Source: Selaginella moellendorffii
Lineage: Eukaryota > Plantae > Lycopodiophyta
Assembly: GCF_000143415.4 (NCBI RefSeq)
Contig: NW_003314265.1
Location: forward strand, 2,807,181 to 2,871,180
Length of the DNA: 64,000 bases
Direction: 5' to 3'
Positions within the stretch are counted from its first letter, which is position 1. Every line of letters starts with the position of its first letter. A model generated the notes under the pieces. The model ran no database searches and was not told the DNA's origin. It saw only the letters and a list, made by a program, of their open reading frames with translations. Shown here one piece after another: positions 37,829 through 49,282 of the stretch. The position numbers and the translations under genes are program-made.

Positions 37829-38277
37829 GATGGATGGTAAGGGAGCTCCTCCGTTTTCTTCTTACTTCCAGAAGCTGCGATTGAATTTATCAATTATTTT
37901 GATGAATGGTAAGTGTTTTCCAGGACTTATTTGAGATCCTCACCATGACGAGCTCCTTTTTGTGCCATAAGTTGCGATCTGAATCGATCAATAGCTTCAG
38001 TGGATGGTAAGCGTTTTCCAGGATTCATTTGAGATTATCACCTCCTCTTTCTTTTTACTTCCAGAAGCTGCGATTGAATCGATCAATAGCTTCAGTGAAT
38101 GGTAGGTGTTTTCCAGGATTTATTGAGATCATCACCATGACGAGCTCCTCCTTTTTTTTCCTTCCAGAAGCTGCAATTGAATCGATCAATAGCTTTAGTG
38201 GATGGTAAGTGTTTTCCAGGATTTATTCGTGATCGTCACCATGACGAGCTCCTCTTTTATTACTTCCAGAAGCTGCG
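37829..38277. repeat. ~105-115-bp tandem repeat, 4-5 units
   Basis: Recurrent cttccagaagctgcgattgaatcgatcaatagcttcagtggatggtaag..ttttccagga..atcaccatgacgagctcctc. Confidence 0.9.
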
Positions 38278-39058
38278 CGATAGATGCAATACAAGCCGAT
38301 CCTCAAATCTGGGAGTGGCTTTGCGATTCCACCACCACCAGTGACGACGAGTCCTTACAAGACAGTTAAGGTACTTTTTTTTTCCTTTCTTTCTGTCATG
38401 GGACGAGGAGAGATCTAATGCGAGCCAGTTTTTATTATCCAGGCCAGTAAGCAGCGAATGCGTGAGTGCCAGATTTAACAGAGCTTTGGCATTGTTTTTA
38501 CGAGGCCATGCTGCTCACGCTGATGGAATGGAAAATCCTAAAAACTCTTATTCCAGGTAAGTAGTTGCTCTGTGCAAAATGAAGGAGATGCTTACAAAAG
38601 AGTTTGGCTTTTGGCACATTTACTAGCCATAACCCCAGCTTTGGCAAATTTATTAGCAATAAAATGACAAGCCTTTGGAAGCTCACAAGCAAAATGCCAA
38701 CTTTCCCAACCGGGCTACCCAACAACAGCGAGACATTTGCATATTTGCGGTAAGAAATTAAAACTGGTGACAAAGGGATGAGATCCTGCAACGCAGCCAG
38801 CCAGTGCTCAAATGATTCTCTTTGGTTTTTTTTCTTTATCTTTTTTCTTCAAGGAATTTCAATTTTTTTCTCTCCAAGTTTGTGCTTGTTTTGATCTTGT
38901 AAACTTGGAGGGACCAAGTGAGAGTTAACATGATCGATCCATTTGGATCACTGAAAAGTATGAGCCTAGAATGCTAACAACGATTAAAACACATCTTTGG
39001 AAAAGAATGCTGCTTGCTTGCTTGACTGCTGGCCGGACTGCATGGAGGAACTTTGGTG

Positions 39059-41325
39059 TCAGAAGATCGGACATGGATGATCCGCCGCCACAGCCCCCAG
39101 CGGCTTGCAATCGTGCTCGCATTGGAGCTGCGTCGCGCCGGGCATGCTGCTCCAGCACGGCGATAGATCCCAGCAGCTGGGGCCTCCAAACAACTGGCTC
39201 GTGGGATCGCCAAAGAATCCCAGCGCCGCCGCTGGATGATGCTCCAGGGGATCCATGGAGTCGGCATTGCAAAGGAACGGGAGGAGCGTCGCGGAGGAGG
39301 CGGCGACGCTGGCGGAGGTCGTGGCGGCGCTGGGGACGTCTGGCGGCGGCGGTGGCGGCTGGTCGGGCCAATCCAAGTTGAGCGGGAGCGAATCAGACCG
39401 CGCAAAATCCAGCAGTGTGGAGATCTCCTCGTCCGTATAGGTGACTGAGGCGGTGGCGGCGGCGGCGACAGTGGTGGCGGCGGCCCCCTCGGAGCCGACA
39501 GTTATGGTCGACAAGCCGTTCTCGTTCTTCGCGACTGCCAAGAACAGAGGAATAGAAACTTCGCGTAAAAACAAATCTAAAACAGAGAGAAGAAATGAGA
39601 TGAGATTCACTCACGGATTGGAGGTTGCTCCACCGAGACCGATTGATCATCCCAGTGGTGCCGCTGCTGCTGCTGGAGGTGATTCCCGGTGATGGATTCC
39701 TCGCTGTAAACGCAGCACTGTGGCGGCGGCGGCGAGGCTGCCAGGATCTCGTCCCCCCATTTCTGGAACTGATCGTCCATTGGATCCGGTTCCTCGCGGC
39801 AGTTATCGTCCACGTCATCGATCCCGCCCTCGTCCGGCGGCGTGAAGATCATCAACTCGCGCTGCTGCCTGGCGGCCAGGAGCTTCGCGTGATCGTCAGC
39901 CGAATTGTCGGCCGCCGCCGCCATTCCGCGCTGCGCCACCGAGCAATGCTCGTCCTGGATGAGATGATCCTGGTGGTGCAGGAACATGAGTGGATCATTG
40001 CCGGCGGAGGCGGAGTTGCTGCCGCTGCCATCCATCATCCTGGCCTCCTGGAGCAGCGCCTCGAGGAGCATTGATCCGGCGGCACTGGCGGTGGTGGTGG
40101 CGGCGGTACCGCTTGCGGTGGTGTTGGATCCCAGGCTCGAGTACATGGGCGATGGATCCAAGGCGCCTCCAGTGGCACCGGACAACTGGTCGGCCAGGCA
40201 GCGCTGCTGGGGCGGCATTTGCTGGTGTTGGTGGTGGTGGCCGATAAACATCTTTGCCGGCGACGAGGCTTGGTCGAATCCTTTGTGGGGATACTCGCCG
40301 CCATAGCCGTGGTGGTAGAAGAGCTCCAGGCCGTGGTTCCCGGACTCGCGGAGCCGCTTGGAGGAGGCCCGGCGGAGGATGATCGGGCTGCCGCCACTCC
40401 CCACGCCGCCACCGCCGTGGTTGCTGCCGGCGCCCAGGTGATGGATGTACTGCTGGTGATCGAATTGCTGCTGCTGCTGCTGGAAATTGCCGATGCCGCC
40501 ATGGAGATTCGCCAGGTTGACGTGCGCGCGAAGGTTGCTCACGGCGGCTGTCGGGCTAGCGGCGGCAGCGGCGTGATCGTCGGAGGGGTTGTCCCCCGCC
40601 GCCGCGGAGTGATCGGCGAAGATGCTGCTGGCGGCGTAGCCGGGAGCGTCCGGCGGGGGCGTGGATGCGGTCGCCACCACCATGCTGTGGACGTCCGAGG
40701 GATAGACGGGCAGCCCCGCGCGAAGTCGCCGCTTGATCCTCGTGTTCCAGTAGTTCTTGATCTCGTTGTCCGTGCGCCCGGGAAGCTGGAGGAAGAAACA
40801 GGGGATGCAGTGAGATGGATCGCGCAATGCGGGTAGCGATCGGGACGATCAGGCAAGCAGAATTGGAGGGGATTTTCAAGGCAGGATAGGAGAATTGGAG
40901 AAGAGGATGGAGGATCAAGCACAAGAGGAGAATTCCAGGGAAATTGAGATGGCAGGATGGAAGAATTGGAGGAGATCAACCAGAGGAGGACGATGGATCC
41001 ATACCTGGGCGGCCATGCGAGCCCATTTGTTGCCGAGCTTGGCGTGGAGCTCGATGATGAGGCGCTCCTCGTCGGGGGTGAAGGCGCCCTTCTTGAGGTT
41101 GGGGCGGAGGTGATTGGCCCAGCGGAGGCGGCAGCTCTTGCCGCAGCGCGAGAGGCCCGAGTGCTTCTGGACGTTGTTCCAATTGCCCTCGCCGTGCTTG
41201 CTCACGTAGGCCACCAGGATCGCGTCCTCTGCCGACGTCCACGGTCCCTTCTTGAGCGCCGCCGCCGCCGCCGCCGCTGCTGCTGCCGCCGCCGCTGATG
41301 AGGATGACGATGAAACCGCTTCCAT
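39059..41325 (-). CDS. GAMYB: GAMYB-like R2R3-MYB transcription factor; ~3 exons
   Basis: LKKGPWTSAEDAILVAYVSKHGEGNWN...RWANHLRPNLKKGAF / LPGRTDNEIKNYWNTRIKRRLRAGLPVYP, with C-terminal WSSMPG. Confidence 0.93.
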
Positions 41326-41398
41326 CCCGCGCGGAGGTCCAAGAAAGGTCCCCCTTCCAGCCCCACTTCCCCGGTGTACATACCCCCCGCGCGCGCGC

Positions 41399-41435
41399 TC
41401 CACGTGGCATCAGACGTGGACAACTCCACGTGGTC
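41399..41435. promoter_or_regulatory. G-box/ABRE cluster in the divergent GAMYB-p23 promoter
   Basis: CCACGTGG twice plus GACGTGG within ~35 bp. Confidence 0.55.
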
Positions 41436-41542
41436 ATCCACCTGGACGACCCATCATCCCTTGGGATATTCCGTGAGGGCGAATAATTTACTTTTTCGCC
41501 TGTTTGAAAATATGCTGTTTCCCTCCAAAACGTTAGGGCTTT

Positions 41543-42399
41543 ATGGGTCGCGCAGTGAGGTAGGGCTATGGTTTTGTGATCGATCGAGCGATGGACTCTC
41601 TCCTCCTGGCCCAGGCATCCCGAGATTGTATGGGCTCAGCGCTCCGACAAGCTCTTCCTCACCGTGGAGCTGCCCGATGCCGTGGATCCCAGCGTCGAGC
41701 TCCAGCCGGATGGGAGATTTGTGTTCCGCGCCGCCGCCGCTGATTCCGCCCCCTACGAGGCGAGCCTGGAGCTGTATGGAAGCGTTAGTGTAGAGGTTTG
41801 CTCGTTTCTTCTTTTGTTTATGCCTCGATTGATTGATCTTTCTTGTGCGTGGCTTTGCTCATGAGTTTGATTTGATTTTCGTGGCTGGATTTGATATCCC
41901 AGGAGAGCAAAGTCAACGTTGGATCCAGACACACGCTTTGCATCATCCACAAGCAAGAACAGGGGTGGTGGAAGCGGCTGCTCAAGTCGGAGGGGAAAAT
42001 GCCTCCTTACGTGAAGGTGGACTGGAACAAGTGGATTGATGAAGACGAAGAAGCTGACTCCAAGGGCCACGGTATTTGTTTATTCCTTCTCTTCTTCATT
42101 CGTGACTATAGAGCTGATTTCCTTTGACTTTTTCTCTTGTGTTTCCAATGGCTAGACACATTCAGTCTCGCCCGCAAGGGAGCTTCCTCTTCCTGGGTAC
42201 GTAATTCTCTCGTTCGTGACTCCATTGCTATACTCAACGCTTTTCCTTTTGTCACAAACCAGGATCACCATTTCAACACCGAAGCTGATGGCGAGGATGA
42301 AGAGGGGATGCTTTGTAAGTCTCTAAGCTCTTGCTGTGCTGCTAATGAATGACTTATCTATCTTGTCCAGATCTTCCAGAACTAGAAAAGGAGGCCTAG
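41543..42399 (+). CDS. Co-chaperone p23-like protein (CS domain), multi-exon
   Basis: RHPEIVWAQRSDKLFLTVELPDA, WWKRLLK, YVKVDWNKWIDEDEE and C-terminal GMLYLPELEK. Start is 41543 (spliced) or 41591. Confidence 0.9.
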
Positions 42400-42506
42400 C
42401 GACTTGTGACTACGTATATGAGTCGAGACTGTCCTCGTTTGCAGCTAAGTTCTTTCGTTTAAAAACTTGGAACTTCTCCAGGGTCTGGCCTTTTCGAGCA
42501 TGACTG

Positions 42507-44486
42507 ATGAAGAGGATGAGCAACAGGAGCGATTGCATCCAGCTGATGCAGTCTTGCAGCTCTCTGTCCGGTGCCAAGCAAATCCATGCCCTGCTTCAGA
42601 CGATCGCCCCGTCGAGCGACACCATGCTGTGGAACATGTTGGTCCAGCTCTACGGCCGATGCGGCAGCGTCCACCTCGCCCGCCAAAGCTTCGACCACAT
42701 TGCTTCCAAAGATTCCGTGTCGTGGAGCACCCTGGTATCGGCATATGCCCGAAACGGGCATCTCGAGGAGGCCAAGGAAACTTTCGACAAGATGCCAGAG
42801 AAGAATACGGTTGCGTGGACTGCCATGCTGGCGGCATTCGCCCAGCACGGCCACGTGGACAGCGCCCGGGCGTTGTTTGATTCCATGCCCGTCCAGGATC
42901 TGGTCACATGGAATGCCATGCTGGCGGCATATGCCCAAAACGGGTATCTGGAGAAAGCACTGGAGCTCTTTAGTGCCATGCCGTTGTGGAATCTAGTGTC
43001 GTGCAACACGATGCTGGCAGCATATTGGCAAAACGGGCATCTAGACCTGGCAAAGAATCTGTTTGAGGAGATGTTGCACCACAACCTGGTGTCGTGGAAC
43101 ACGATGCTAGCGGCGTATTCACAGAATGGGCATTTGGAAGATGGTAAGCATCTCTTTGATGCAATGCCGCTGCTGGACCTTGTTTCATGGAACACAGTGC
43201 TCTCGGCTTATTTCCAGAATGGCTATTCAGAAGAAGGATTGGCGATATTTGATTTGATGCCCGAGTGGAACATCATCTCTGAGAATGCCGTGCTCGCTTC
43301 ACACGCACAGAGTGGCGATTTGGACGCAGCAAAGCGAGTGTTTGATTCGATGCGCCAGAGGAATCTTGTCTCATGGAACTCGATGCTCTCGGCTTATGCT
43401 AACAGGAGCAAAGTTGACGAAGCTAAGAAAACTTTCGATTCAATGCCACAGAGGAATCTTGTGTCTTGGAACGCGATACTTTCTGCTAATGCCCAAAACG
43501 GGCGTTTGCAGGATGCCAAAGATTTGTATGTAGAGACTCCCCTCGTGAATTCAGTATCTCGCAATGCAATTCTTTCTGTACATACGCAATGTGGGGATTT
43601 AGAGCAGGCCAGATACCTGTACGAAAGCACGCCGTACCAGGACATGGTATCGTCCATCGTTATGGTTGCAGCATATGCCGCTAGTGGGTATTTGGAAGAA
43701 TCCAAGCGCTTGTTTGAATCTATGCCGGTACAAAACCTGGTGTCAACTACCGCGCTGTTGACCGCATATTCCCAGAACGGGCATCTTGACGTGGCCGAGC
43801 AGCTCTTCTACGATATGCCACACAGGAACCTTGTGACGTGGAATTCCATGCTCTCGGCATATTCCCAGAACGGGCATTTTAAGCAAGCAGCGAAGTTCTT
43901 TGATGCACTGCCAGAGAGGGATGTGGTGTCGTGGAGTGCAATCCTGGCCGCCCACTCCCACAACCGGCAGTCATCCCAGGCGTTGGATGCGTTTGGTGTG
44001 ATGAAGACCGAGGAATATCCCGACCCTTCATGCTTTGTATCGGTACTTGTTGCTTGTAGCCATGGCGGCAAAGCTTCTCTAGGGAGGAATCTATTCTCCT
44101 CGATGATTGTAGACTATGCCCTAACTCCCTCAAGGCAGCATTTTTGCTGCATGGTAGATCTCTTGAGCAGATCCGGGCATCTGGAAGATGCCGAGATCCT
44201 CATCACGGAGATGCCCTGCGCTCCCACTGGCCCCGAGTGGAGATGCCTTCTCTCGGCATCTCGCGGCTCCAACGGCGGGGATGACCCAGGGAGTGTGGCG
44301 TCGCGCGTCATGAGCTTGGACGGGGAAGATTCCGCGGCATATGTCCTGCTTGCCAGCACATACTCCAACAAGCAAAAGAAGGAAATGGCCGCCGCCGAGA
44401 TTCGAGCCCGGGACCTCTGCCAAAGCGACGAACGTTTTCTTCCTTGTCCGGCATTAAAAGTGACACCGCCTCCTTCGAAAGAATAA
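42507..44486 (+). CDS. PLS-class pentatricopeptide repeat protein (S-motif-rich, E-like C-terminus, no DYW)
   Basis: Many 31-aa NLVSWNxMLxAYxQNG repeats; HFCCMVDLLSRSG. Confidence 0.95.
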   Translation: MKRMSNRSDCIQLMQSCSSLSGAKQIHALLQTIAPSSDTMLWNMLVQLYGRCGSVHLARQSFDHIASKDSVSWSTLVSAYARNGHLEEAKETFDKMPEKNTVAWTAMLAAFAQHGHVDSARALFDSMPVQDLVTWNAMLAAYAQNGYLEKALELFSAMPLWNLVSCNTMLAAYWQNGHLDLAKNLFEEMLHHNLVSWNTMLAAYSQNGHLEDGKHLFDAMPLLDLVSWNTVLSAYFQNGYSEEGLAIFDLMPEWNIISENAVLASHAQSGDLDAAKRVFDSMRQRNLVSWNSMLSAYANRSKVDEAKKTFDSMPQRNLVSWNAILSANAQNGRLQDAKDLYVETPLVNSVSRNAILSVHTQCGDLEQARYLYESTPYQDMVSSIVMVAAYAASGYLEESKRLFESMPVQNLVSTTALLTAYSQNGHLDVAEQLFYDMPHRNLVTWNSMLSAYSQNGHFKQAAKFFDALPERDVVSWSAILAAHSHNRQSSQALDAFGVMKTEEYPDPSCFVSVLVACSHGGKASLGRNLFSSMIVDYALTPSRQHFCCMVDLLSRSGHLEDAEILITEMPCAPTGPEWRCLLSASRGSNGGDDPGSVASRVMSLDGEDSAAYVLLASTYSNKQKKEMAAAEIRARDLCQSDERFLPCPALKVTPPPSKE

Positions 44487-44614
44487 GAGCGCCACTTTGT
44501 GTTCGTCCCATTCTTTCTTCGTCTTGCTGGCTCTGGCGCGCTAGGGTTTGTCCGATTCCATCGCGAGCGGCGAATTCTGTCCGTCACAGGTAGGCTGCAT
44601 TGGCCGGCGCGACG

Positions 44615-46258
44615 ATGAAATCCGGAAATGCGGCACCAGAATCGCTCCGGCAGCGCGCCGCGCGAGCGATCGGCAACGCCTTGTTCGGCCTCTTCGTCGC
44701 CGTGGTGCTGCTGCTCACCGTCTTCGCCGTCACGTACCAGCCGCCGGATCCGTGGCTCGACACCGCCGCCAGCGCCGTCCGGATGAAGCAGCTCTTCAAC
44801 AAGGTCGTGGACAACGCCACGTTCCAGACGGCGGGATCGATCTTCCTGACTGGCGAGGACGCCCTTGCACCGGCGAATTCCAGAGCCGGGGGCTCGATCT
44901 CCATCGAGGACGCCCAGGACGCGGCGGAAAAGGCCCTGGAGGTTACCAGGGGGCTCAATAATGGCGGCAAGGATCGTGGGTGCGTGGAAAGCGACATTGT
45001 TGTGAATTGCTCGGATCCGGGGGTGCTAGCCGCGATCGAGAAGGTCAACTTGGAGAAGTTCCCGGAGATCGACGCTTTCGAGTACAGAGTCCCCGTCCAG
45101 GGAGGGGATGAGAGGAGCTGCGATGTGGCTTGGAAGTACCGGCCGAGGAGGGAGAGATCCAAGAGGATGTACAGGGACTACCGGCGCTACACTCTAGTGC
45201 TGGAGCCCTCTTGCGAGTATCAAGTGACCGACGTGGGGGACTGGCACTCTGGGAGGAATGCGCGGCTCCAGAGGTTTCACGGGATCAATGCCTTCAACGA
45301 TTCCATCTCGTCTCGTGGCGATGATGATTCTTCGAGCGTCGGAAGGTTCTTGTACTACACTCGAGGAGGGGATCATTGCAAGGGGATGAAGCAATTCATG
45401 TGGAGCTTTCTCTGCGCGCTCGGAGAAGCTCAGTACTTGAACCGGACGCTGGTTGTCGATCTGGACTTTTGTCTCTCGGGGAAGGATAACTTTCCTGGCC
45501 GAGGTGACGAGCCCGGGAAAGACTTGAGGTTCTACATTGATTTCGATCACCTCCGGGAGTCGACCTCGGTGATCGAGCTCAAGGAATTCTCCAAGTTGAA
45601 CAAGAAGCACAAGCTCGGCAAGATTCGCAAGAGGGTGATCTCGGACAATGTGAAAGTGAGTCCGATGGAGCTCAGGGACGAGACGAGCACGATCGTCGAG
45701 AGGAGCTTCCGGGAGAGCAGCGAGCCGGACAACTATTGGTATCGCGTTTGCGAGGGGGAGACCGAGAAGGTGATCCAGCGGCCCTGGCATATGATCTGGA
45801 AATCCAAGAGACTCATGAATATCGTCAACACGATTTGCGGCAAGCTGGAGTGGGACTTCGATGCCGTACGAGTGGAGAGAGGTGAGAAGGCTGCGAACAA
45901 GCAACTTTGGCCCAATCTCGACAAGGATACCTCGGCCGAGGCGGTGTTGAGCAAGCTCTCGGAAAGGATTGATGCTCAACGCTACGTTTACATATCGACC
46001 AACGAGAGAAGTCCCGGTTTCTTCCACAAGCTGAAGGAGAAGTATGAAGTGTCGGTGCTGGACGACTACAAGGATCTCTGGGGGCCTGGCAGCGAGTGGT
46101 ATAACGAGACCATGGCCTTGACGAAGGGAAAGCCGGTGGAGTTCGACGGCTACATGAGAGACGCCGTGGACTCGGAGATGTTTCTCAGAGGGAAGAAGCG
46201 CATCGAAACTTTCGGCGATCTTACCAGCGACTGCAAGGACGGGATCAACACATGCTAA
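44615..46258 (+). CDS. SUB1-like / O-fucosyltransferase-like type II membrane protein
   Basis: N-terminal TM then TYQPPDPWL, CDVAWKYR, YRDYRRY, WSFLCALGEAQYLNRTLV, EPDNYWYRVCEGE and WPNLD. Confidence 0.8.
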   Translation: MKSGNAAPESLRQRAARAIGNALFGLFVAVVLLLTVFAVTYQPPDPWLDTAASAVRMKQLFNKVVDNATFQTAGSIFLTGEDALAPANSRAGGSISIEDAQDAAEKALEVTRGLNNGGKDRGCVESDIVVNCSDPGVLAAIEKVNLEKFPEIDAFEYRVPVQGGDERSCDVAWKYRPRRERSKRMYRDYRRYTLVLEPSCEYQVTDVGDWHSGRNARLQRFHGINAFNDSISSRGDDDSSSVGRFLYYTRGGDHCKGMKQFMWSFLCALGEAQYLNRTLVVDLDFCLSGKDNFPGRGDEPGKDLRFYIDFDHLRESTSVIELKEFSKLNKKHKLGKIRKRVISDNVKVSPMELRDETSTIVERSFRESSEPDNYWYRVCEGETEKVIQRPWHMIWKSKRLMNIVNTICGKLEWDFDAVRVERGEKAANKQLWPNLDKDTSAEAVLSKLSERIDAQRYVYISTNERSPGFFHKLKEKYEVSVLDDYKDLWGPGSEWYNETMALTKGKPVEFDGYMRDAVDSEMFLRGKKRIETFGDLTSDCKDGINTC

Positions 46259-46853
46259 GCTGCTGCTGCTGGTTTGATGGATTCCATCTTCGTTTATTCC
46301 TTTCCCTCTTAGAATAATCCTTCAAATTCATTGCTGCTTGCAGTAGCAGCGGTGGAAAGGAAAGAAAAGAAAGAAAATCAAAGTCGCCGGCCAGTATAGT
46401 ACTTGCTCATTCTTCCCGGAGAGAGACAGAGGTGGGCTCTCAGGTTATTTGCATTGAAAAAACTCGTAATTTTCCAGCCAGGCCACCACGGCAGTAGCAA
46501 CAGCAACAGCAACAACAACCACCGCCGCATTGAATCCGTGAAAAGAAAGAAGGGCCCGGAAATGAAGAGCCCGAGTGACTGCCCGCTCAAGGAAGGTGAG
46601 GTAAAAGGTGAGGTGAGTGAGGTCCACTGCTGCTTGTCTGCAAGCTCATTAAAAAAGCCTGGAGTTCTTCGCATTTTTGTGGTAGTATGTTTGATGTGAT
46701 TGGCGTGTTGTCGGTGAATAAGTGCGTCCCGTTCCAGTCCAGAGATGGAGAGATCCATTGTTTCGTTTCACGTGTTGGTTTGTCGCTGAATTCGATTCCT
46801 TTGCTTCCGTGCCTGTCACCCTCACGGGATTGTACTCTTCGCAGAGTTTAGAG

Positions 46854-48036
46854 TTAGATCTCGTCGTCCCATAGCTCTTGGACCGTCTTGTACGGGCTGG
46901 TGGTGGAGTTGCAAAGCCACTCCCATGCTGCTAGTCTCCTTTGCGGCACGGTCGACTCGATCGTCTCGAGGTCCTCGGGAAGCAAGTCGAAGTCGAAGCT
47001 TTGAATGTTCTCACGCAGTCGCTGTGGATTGTAGCTCTTGACGACGGCGCCGACGCCGATCTGCGTGAGCCACCGAAGCACGATCTGTGCAGCAAAAGAT
47101 AGCCGAGAGTCCTGGACGCGTTGAAAGCTTGTAGTACCTGGGCAGGAGATTTGTGGTGCTTTGCTGCGAGTTCCAGGACGACGGGATCCTCGAGCACGGA
47201 TTTGGATCCCCAGACTTTGCCGAGGCCCCCGAGAGGTGACCATGCAAAGACCTGGACGTCATGAGCTCTACAGAAGTCTCTAAGTTTCTTTTGCTGCCAA
47301 ATGGGATGGAGCTCCACCTTGCGAGAAAAGATTTCTTGGTTAGTTTTCCTTGAGATCCATGGACTTTTCCTTTTGTTACCTGGTTTGCGGCCGGAGGGAT
47401 TCGAGCGTATTCGAGCAAGTCTCCCAGTTTCTTGGAGCTAAAGTTGCTAACACCGATGGCTTTCGCGAGTCCTTCGTCGAAACGATCCTCCATTGCCTTC
47501 CAGGTGCCTGGAATGTCCAGAGGAAGAATTTCGTGTTCCTTGGGTGGAAAACGAGCTCCTTTTGTGAGCTTGATAGGCGCGTGCATCAAAAACAAGTCCA
47601 CGAAATCCACCCGTAGAGCACTGGAGAAAGAGAAGATTTAGTCCGCAATCTACCAGGAAAAGATGAAAGATTGTCCTAGCCTGAGGCTCTTCTTCAATGC
47701 CGGAAGAACATCCTGCGGGGCATGGTCGTCGGATCTCAGCTTCGTCGTCAGAAAAACCTCCTCCCTCGTCACCAATCCGGCATCGAAAGCTATCGCGAGC
47801 GCCTCGCCGATCGCTGTCTCGGTGCCATAGGCGGTAGCAGTGTCAAAGTGTCGATAGCCAAGCTGTTCGAGGTCCCAAAATTTGTGGGAACAAACGGCGA
47901 ACAAAGAAGTCGAGCAAACCTTGATTGCGCTTAGAACTGCCCCCTTGATTTCTTCTGCGCTGGTGAAAGTCCCACTTCCAAATCCGACAGCGGGAGCGCG
48001 CGCCCCGGTCCTCAGCTGGAAAAATGGAGCCTCCAT
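46854..48036 (-). CDS. Aldo-keto reductase, multi-exon
   Basis: [46 protein letters not shown] and [11 protein letters not shown]. Confidence 0.93.
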
Positions 48037-48589
48037 TTTGGCCAAGAGCCCTAGAATGCCAGTGATTTAAGCGATGCCGTCGATTCGAGGCAATATGAGC
48101 CGTCCGATCCGGTCAGCAATGGCATGGCGCATTCTTGTCCCCCGTGGCAGATTTGACAATGGCGACGATACCAACGACAAGAGTGGTGCTAGGATGATCG
48201 GACGTATAGAAGTACTTTGGTGAAATCGCAAAAGGGCTAGAATTTCAGCAAAAATATCTTTTGGACGAAGGAGCTCGCTGTTTTCATCCGAGGAAGCTGT
48301 GAAGTCGCCGTGGTGGCGGCTGAGAGAAATCGAAGAGTGCCAAGAGAAGCTTCCTGACGTCCTGGTATGTGTTTGATGTCCAACTTAGCTGCTTTAAGCT
48401 GGCTGGGATCAAGCACTTGGCCGAAGTAACACGATACTGCACCCGTGTGTTGCGTAGCCCTTTTCAGCGAACCCAAGGAAGGAGGGGCGGTTTGCTCTGG
48501 TGATGAATGAATCTTTTGACAATGATGGAATTCAAGAGACGCAACCCAGACATAGTTATAATCTAATCTGTTAGAGTTCCACACAAGGG

Positions 48590-48900
48590 ATTTTTAAGGG
48601 GCTACTCTGTGCGCTCTTCACGGTGAGTTCCCTCTATGTCTTCCTGTTTGGCGAGCTGGCTAGTCAGAATGGTCTCGATGACATAAACTTCAGCGTAGAC
48701 ACGAAAGGCTAGCTGGTCATATGGCACAGCAAGCACACACAGGTCACAGGTCTAAGCAGGAGGACAGAGTGCTGGTTGTTTCGTCAACTTTGGTGTTTCT
48801 GGAGTGTTCGACAGGGGCCACTGACTCAAGGCCAGAGGCTCGGCGAGGCTTTGCAATCGAGGACATGGAAGGCATGTTTATGGAGAAGGCTAAGCCATGG
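48590..48900 (+). pseudogene. Deleted, degenerate copy of the 5' part of the PP2C gene at 51896
   Basis: Shared blocks such as ggcgagctggctagtcagaatggtctc and ggtcacaggtctaagcaggaggacagagtgctggttgtttc, with stops and deletions. Confidence 0.85.
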
Positions 48901-49282
48901 CCACTTAGTCTTGAGCTCGTCATAGTGGTCACCATGTCCACCATCTTTGCAATGCCCAGCGCTTTCTCCCGTGGAGGCCTGAGGCCTCCTAAAATGTAGG
49001 ATGCCCTACCCCTAAAAAGGCTTTCCATTGTGCCGCTCACGCCGTAGCTCGATATTCTTCACGCTGCGCAGTCGGTAGGCGTAGGAGGACTGCCGCTGCT
49101 CCGGCTGCTCCGCGAGGAAAGAAGAAGACGGCGCCGATGGAGGCAGTGATGGCGGAGCCGCCCGAGGATATGAGTGGACACGTGCTGTGCTTGGCGGAGC
49201 TAGGAAGAGTGCAAGAGCGAGTTGTGGTCATTTTCCATGCAGCTCTTCCAAACGCGCGAGATGTGCACCTCTACTCTGTACA

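Noticed and set aside
37829-37850. miR159-like sequence TGGATGGTAAGGGAGCTCC downstream of GAMYB
   Set aside because: It arises from a deletion junction of the local tandem-repeat unit, needs a bulge, and no precursor hairpin is seen.
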